From: Lepidodermella squamata
Lineage: Eukaryota > Animalia > Gastrotricha
Length of the DNA: 64,000 nucleotides
Reading direction: 5' to 3'
NCBI GenBank assembly: GCA_047495785.1
Contig: JBLDXI010000020.1
Location: 1,674,001 to 1,738,000, forward strand
Position numbers and translations under genes: made by a program. The first letter of the stretch is position 1. Each line of letters begins with the position of its first letter. The notes under the pieces were generated by a model. It was not told where the DNA came from and did no database searches. It saw nothing but the letters and a program-made list of their open reading frames with translations. This document shows, piece by piece, positions 61,246 through 64,000 of the stretch.

Positions 61246-62803
61246 ATGGAAGCAGTTCTCGAAGAAGCTCTGAAGGGCTTTGTAACGGATGTTTTGTCGT
61301 CTGACAGGCCTTGCTCGGAACTTTCTTTGAAAATCTTCTTCATTTTCAAAACGATCGTATCCAACCACGATCATATCGACGTAAGTCCGCCTTAATTTTT
61401 CGTACATATTCAACTCCGAATTTTTTATTAAGGAGGAGCAAATATTTAACCTAGTGAAGACGCATTTAGTGAGTGTGGCTGATATCAAGTCGCAGTTGGC
61501 TCAGCAGGACTCATCGTCATCGAAGTGCATTCAAATTCTACGCGGTCAAATACTCATCCGGCTTTTCTTCATTTGGGTCGCTCGCGACTGCTTGAAAAAA
61601 GGCGTCGACATAACAGATGAGGTCGTTAAACTCTGTGAAATGTTCTGCATTAGAACCGACCCGCTTCAATTAAACGCTTTCCTATCAGATACAGTCATGA
61701 AAATGTAAAATATTCAATAATTTAAGGAGGATTTTTTAACTAGTTTATTTCCAGGTTTGTTGACCATATTCCCGATATTTTGGCGCAAATTTTCGACGAA
61801 TTTTTGCTGCCGATTCCGAAAGAGTTGGCGGCAGCGACTGGAAATGAGGACGGCTATGACGAGGATGAAATGAGTTCGAACCGCAGCCCAACTGCTGACA
61901 GTTCGAAAGAGCAGTCGTTCGACGATTCGAACGGCAAACGCCGGTCACGTGACAACAAACCGCCGCGTTTCATCATGTCCCCGATCAAAAACATCGACTC
62001 GAATTCACGCAATGCTGCGAATAGCGGCAATCGATTCGGCAAACGACCTAGTCGGCAAATTCTAGTCGCTGCTCGATCGACGGCTGAAAACGACAAAAGC
62101 GCCGGGGGTAGTGCGAAAATTCGGAGTAAACAAATTTCCGTTGCCATAGCAACGAGTAAAAATTCGAACAGTGCCGATCGGAGGATCAGCGCTAGGTCGC
62201 AGTCGTTTGACCATGTCGGCGTTAGTATGAGGCAGGCTACGCAGCGGCAATCAACCGCGCCTGTTGCGCCGCAGAATTCGACGTCGGCCGTTCGGCGATG
62301 CTTATTCGGCACGGAATCGGCGAAAAATGACGCGATTTCAATGCTGAAGCCTGGCTTCACAACGCCGAGGAAACGCTCGGCCGCTGCTTTGACGTCAGTG
62401 GCCGACACCCCGCCCATGGATGCGAAGAAGCAATACCGACTACCACCAACGACCCCGTTATCGAAAATCAACCATGAAAATCAGCAAAATGATGTGATGA
62501 AGTCGCCGAGTTTTCCTAAGCCTGATTCATTGCCGTTTCGGGTTGTTACAACCCCGTTGAGGCAACTTCAATTGCAACAGGCGGTTATGAGATCGCCAAT
62601 GGCGCCCGGTACGATTTTGGTGCCTCAGTCGCCGGATGACAGTAAAGCGGGTATTACCGCTCGTTCGTTCTATGCGAAGCAAAACGGACCGCCCCAATCG
62701 GTTGTTCAGGCTACGAAAAAGAACCTGTTGTCGAGCGCGAATCGGAGAACGATGAGTAGCTACGACCTGAGCGCTGGTCCGTCAACTCAAGCTTCAAACA
62801 ACG
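61246..62803 (+). CDS. TICRR: Treslin/TICRR (Sld3 orthologue)-like, N-terminally short; exons 61246-61380, 61433-61704, 61755-62803; 3' end probably lies beyond the window
   Basis: QILIRL...DEVVKLCEMFCIRTDPLQLNAFLSD...FVDHIPDILAQIFDEFLLPIPKELA matches the Sld3/Treslin domain; RQI, VRRCLF, SVADTP, VPQSP and RSFY motifs occur in Treslin order. Confidence 0.75.
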
Positions 62804-63008
62804 GTAAGTTGAAAGTATAGAAAATTCGAAAAGTCCGATGAAATTTCATATTTTTTTCATTGAATTCAAGGTGATTTGAGCAAAATTCAAATATCAGAAA
62901 AATGTTGAAATCTGAGTGACTTGAAATTTTGATGTTTTGGGATTTTGGTAATGATGAAATATTTTGAATAAAAATTGACCTAAATTAGAAAATTAGATAT
63001 TCTCCCAC

Positions 63009-63682
63009 GGCTGTGTCTTTTTTCATCTTGCCAAACATCTTTTTCTATCTAACCAAAATTTTGTTCTGGAAAATAATTTAATTGTTAAATCTAGTGTAAA
63101 TTCGCAATAAATCTTTTTTCATCTTGCCAACATGTTCATCAATATACTAAGTAAATTAAACACATTTTTAATCGGGCAATATTCCTTCCATGGTTTCCTT
63201 TCAATCTAACTCCTCGGAGATTTTCAGCGACCATTGGTAGTACGGCGGCCACGGTCTAAGACTACGCTCCACAACGCGACTATAACTGCGTCGTGCGGTA
63301 CCGGGCGGCCGTCCTATCCTTGGTCGATTCGAAGTTCCTAAAGAACAGGCCTAAATCAACGGATGGGCTTGGCTTGAGGAACCGAATCGTGAGATTGATT
63401 TTCTCGATTACCCTAAGCGTACTGGCCACTTTGGTGGTAGGCTATTAAAGATTTCGTTGTGAGACGCGTGGCCGCAAAAGAAAACAATTGAAACACGTGG
63501 CAAGATGAAAAAAGATGTTGGCAAGATACAAAACGACATTGGCAAGATGGAAAAAGATTTTTCGTATTTTTCACGCGAGAAAATGCTGGTTAGATGAATA
63601 AAGATGGAATTTTTCGGTTAGATAGAAAAAGATGTTTGGCAAGATGAAAAAGGATTTTGGCAAGATGAAAAAAGATTAACCC
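63009..63682. mobile_element. 674-bp MITE with GG termini, long repetitive TIRs and 8-bp TSD (Merlin-like)
   Basis: TCTCCCAC at 63001-63008 and 63683-63690; TCTTTTTTCATCTTGCCAAA near the left end is mirrored at the right end; multiple GGCAAGATGAAAAAAGAT subrepeats. Confidence 0.85.
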
Positions 63683-64000
63683 TCTCCCACAGTATGAAAC
63701 GAAAAATACCAATCCCATTATTACAGCGTGTCCCAGAAGTTGAGTAACTATTTTTCAATTTGCCAATTTTTTGTAGAAAATTCAATTAATTTGTTTGAAT
63801 TAATCCATCATTTATACACGAATTAACCGAAGAAATAAAAAATAAACCGGAGAAAACCCCGATGGTAACTGGTTCGGTAATTTTCGGTATTTTCCCCTGT
63901 TGGTCCAAATTTTTCCGCACTTGTTAACAAGGGACATGCTTGGTACTACTCTTGTGATTTTTTTTAATGTTTTCGAATTTATTTGGCCATGAGATGTGGC

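Noticed and set aside
63947-63970. TACTCTTGTGATTT resembles part of the recalled Schistosoma spliced leader
   Set aside because: Short AT-rich match with no following GT donor or Sm site; likely chance.

Overview
Gene-dense, intron-containing eukaryotic DNA from a compact invertebrate animal genome (most introns about 50-65 nt). Epsilon-tubulin, a TIN2-like gene, KLHL8 and Ku80 argue against Drosophila, C. elegans or Oikopleura dioica; the species cannot be named from this window. About 19 protein genes were reconstructed by hand: MEK1/2 (-), OSBPL1A/ORP1L (+) followed by four tandem ORD-only paralogues, TIN2-like and epsilon-tubulin (-), KLHL8, an orphan, PRL/PTP4A and Brambleberry/GEX1 (+), a five-gene minus-strand run UTP4-TFAM-UQCC1-Ku80-KLHDC1/2-like, and DDX11 plus an N-terminally reduced Treslin (+). 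The main signal is operon-like organisation: co-oriented genes are mostly 60-300 bp apart, and the upstream poly(A) signal sits 15-50 nt before an unpaired splice acceptor just 5' of the next ATG, as expected for spliced-leader (SL) trans-spliced polycistrons with little or no intercistronic spacer. Other highlights: an ORP1S-derived array in which three copies have lost the PI4P-binding EQVSHHPP signature, a 35-bp P-element-type excision footprint inside a LINE fragment, a possible five-exon antisense gene nested in an intron, and several MITEs with target-site duplications (TSDs). All homology calls come from recalled motifs, not database searches.
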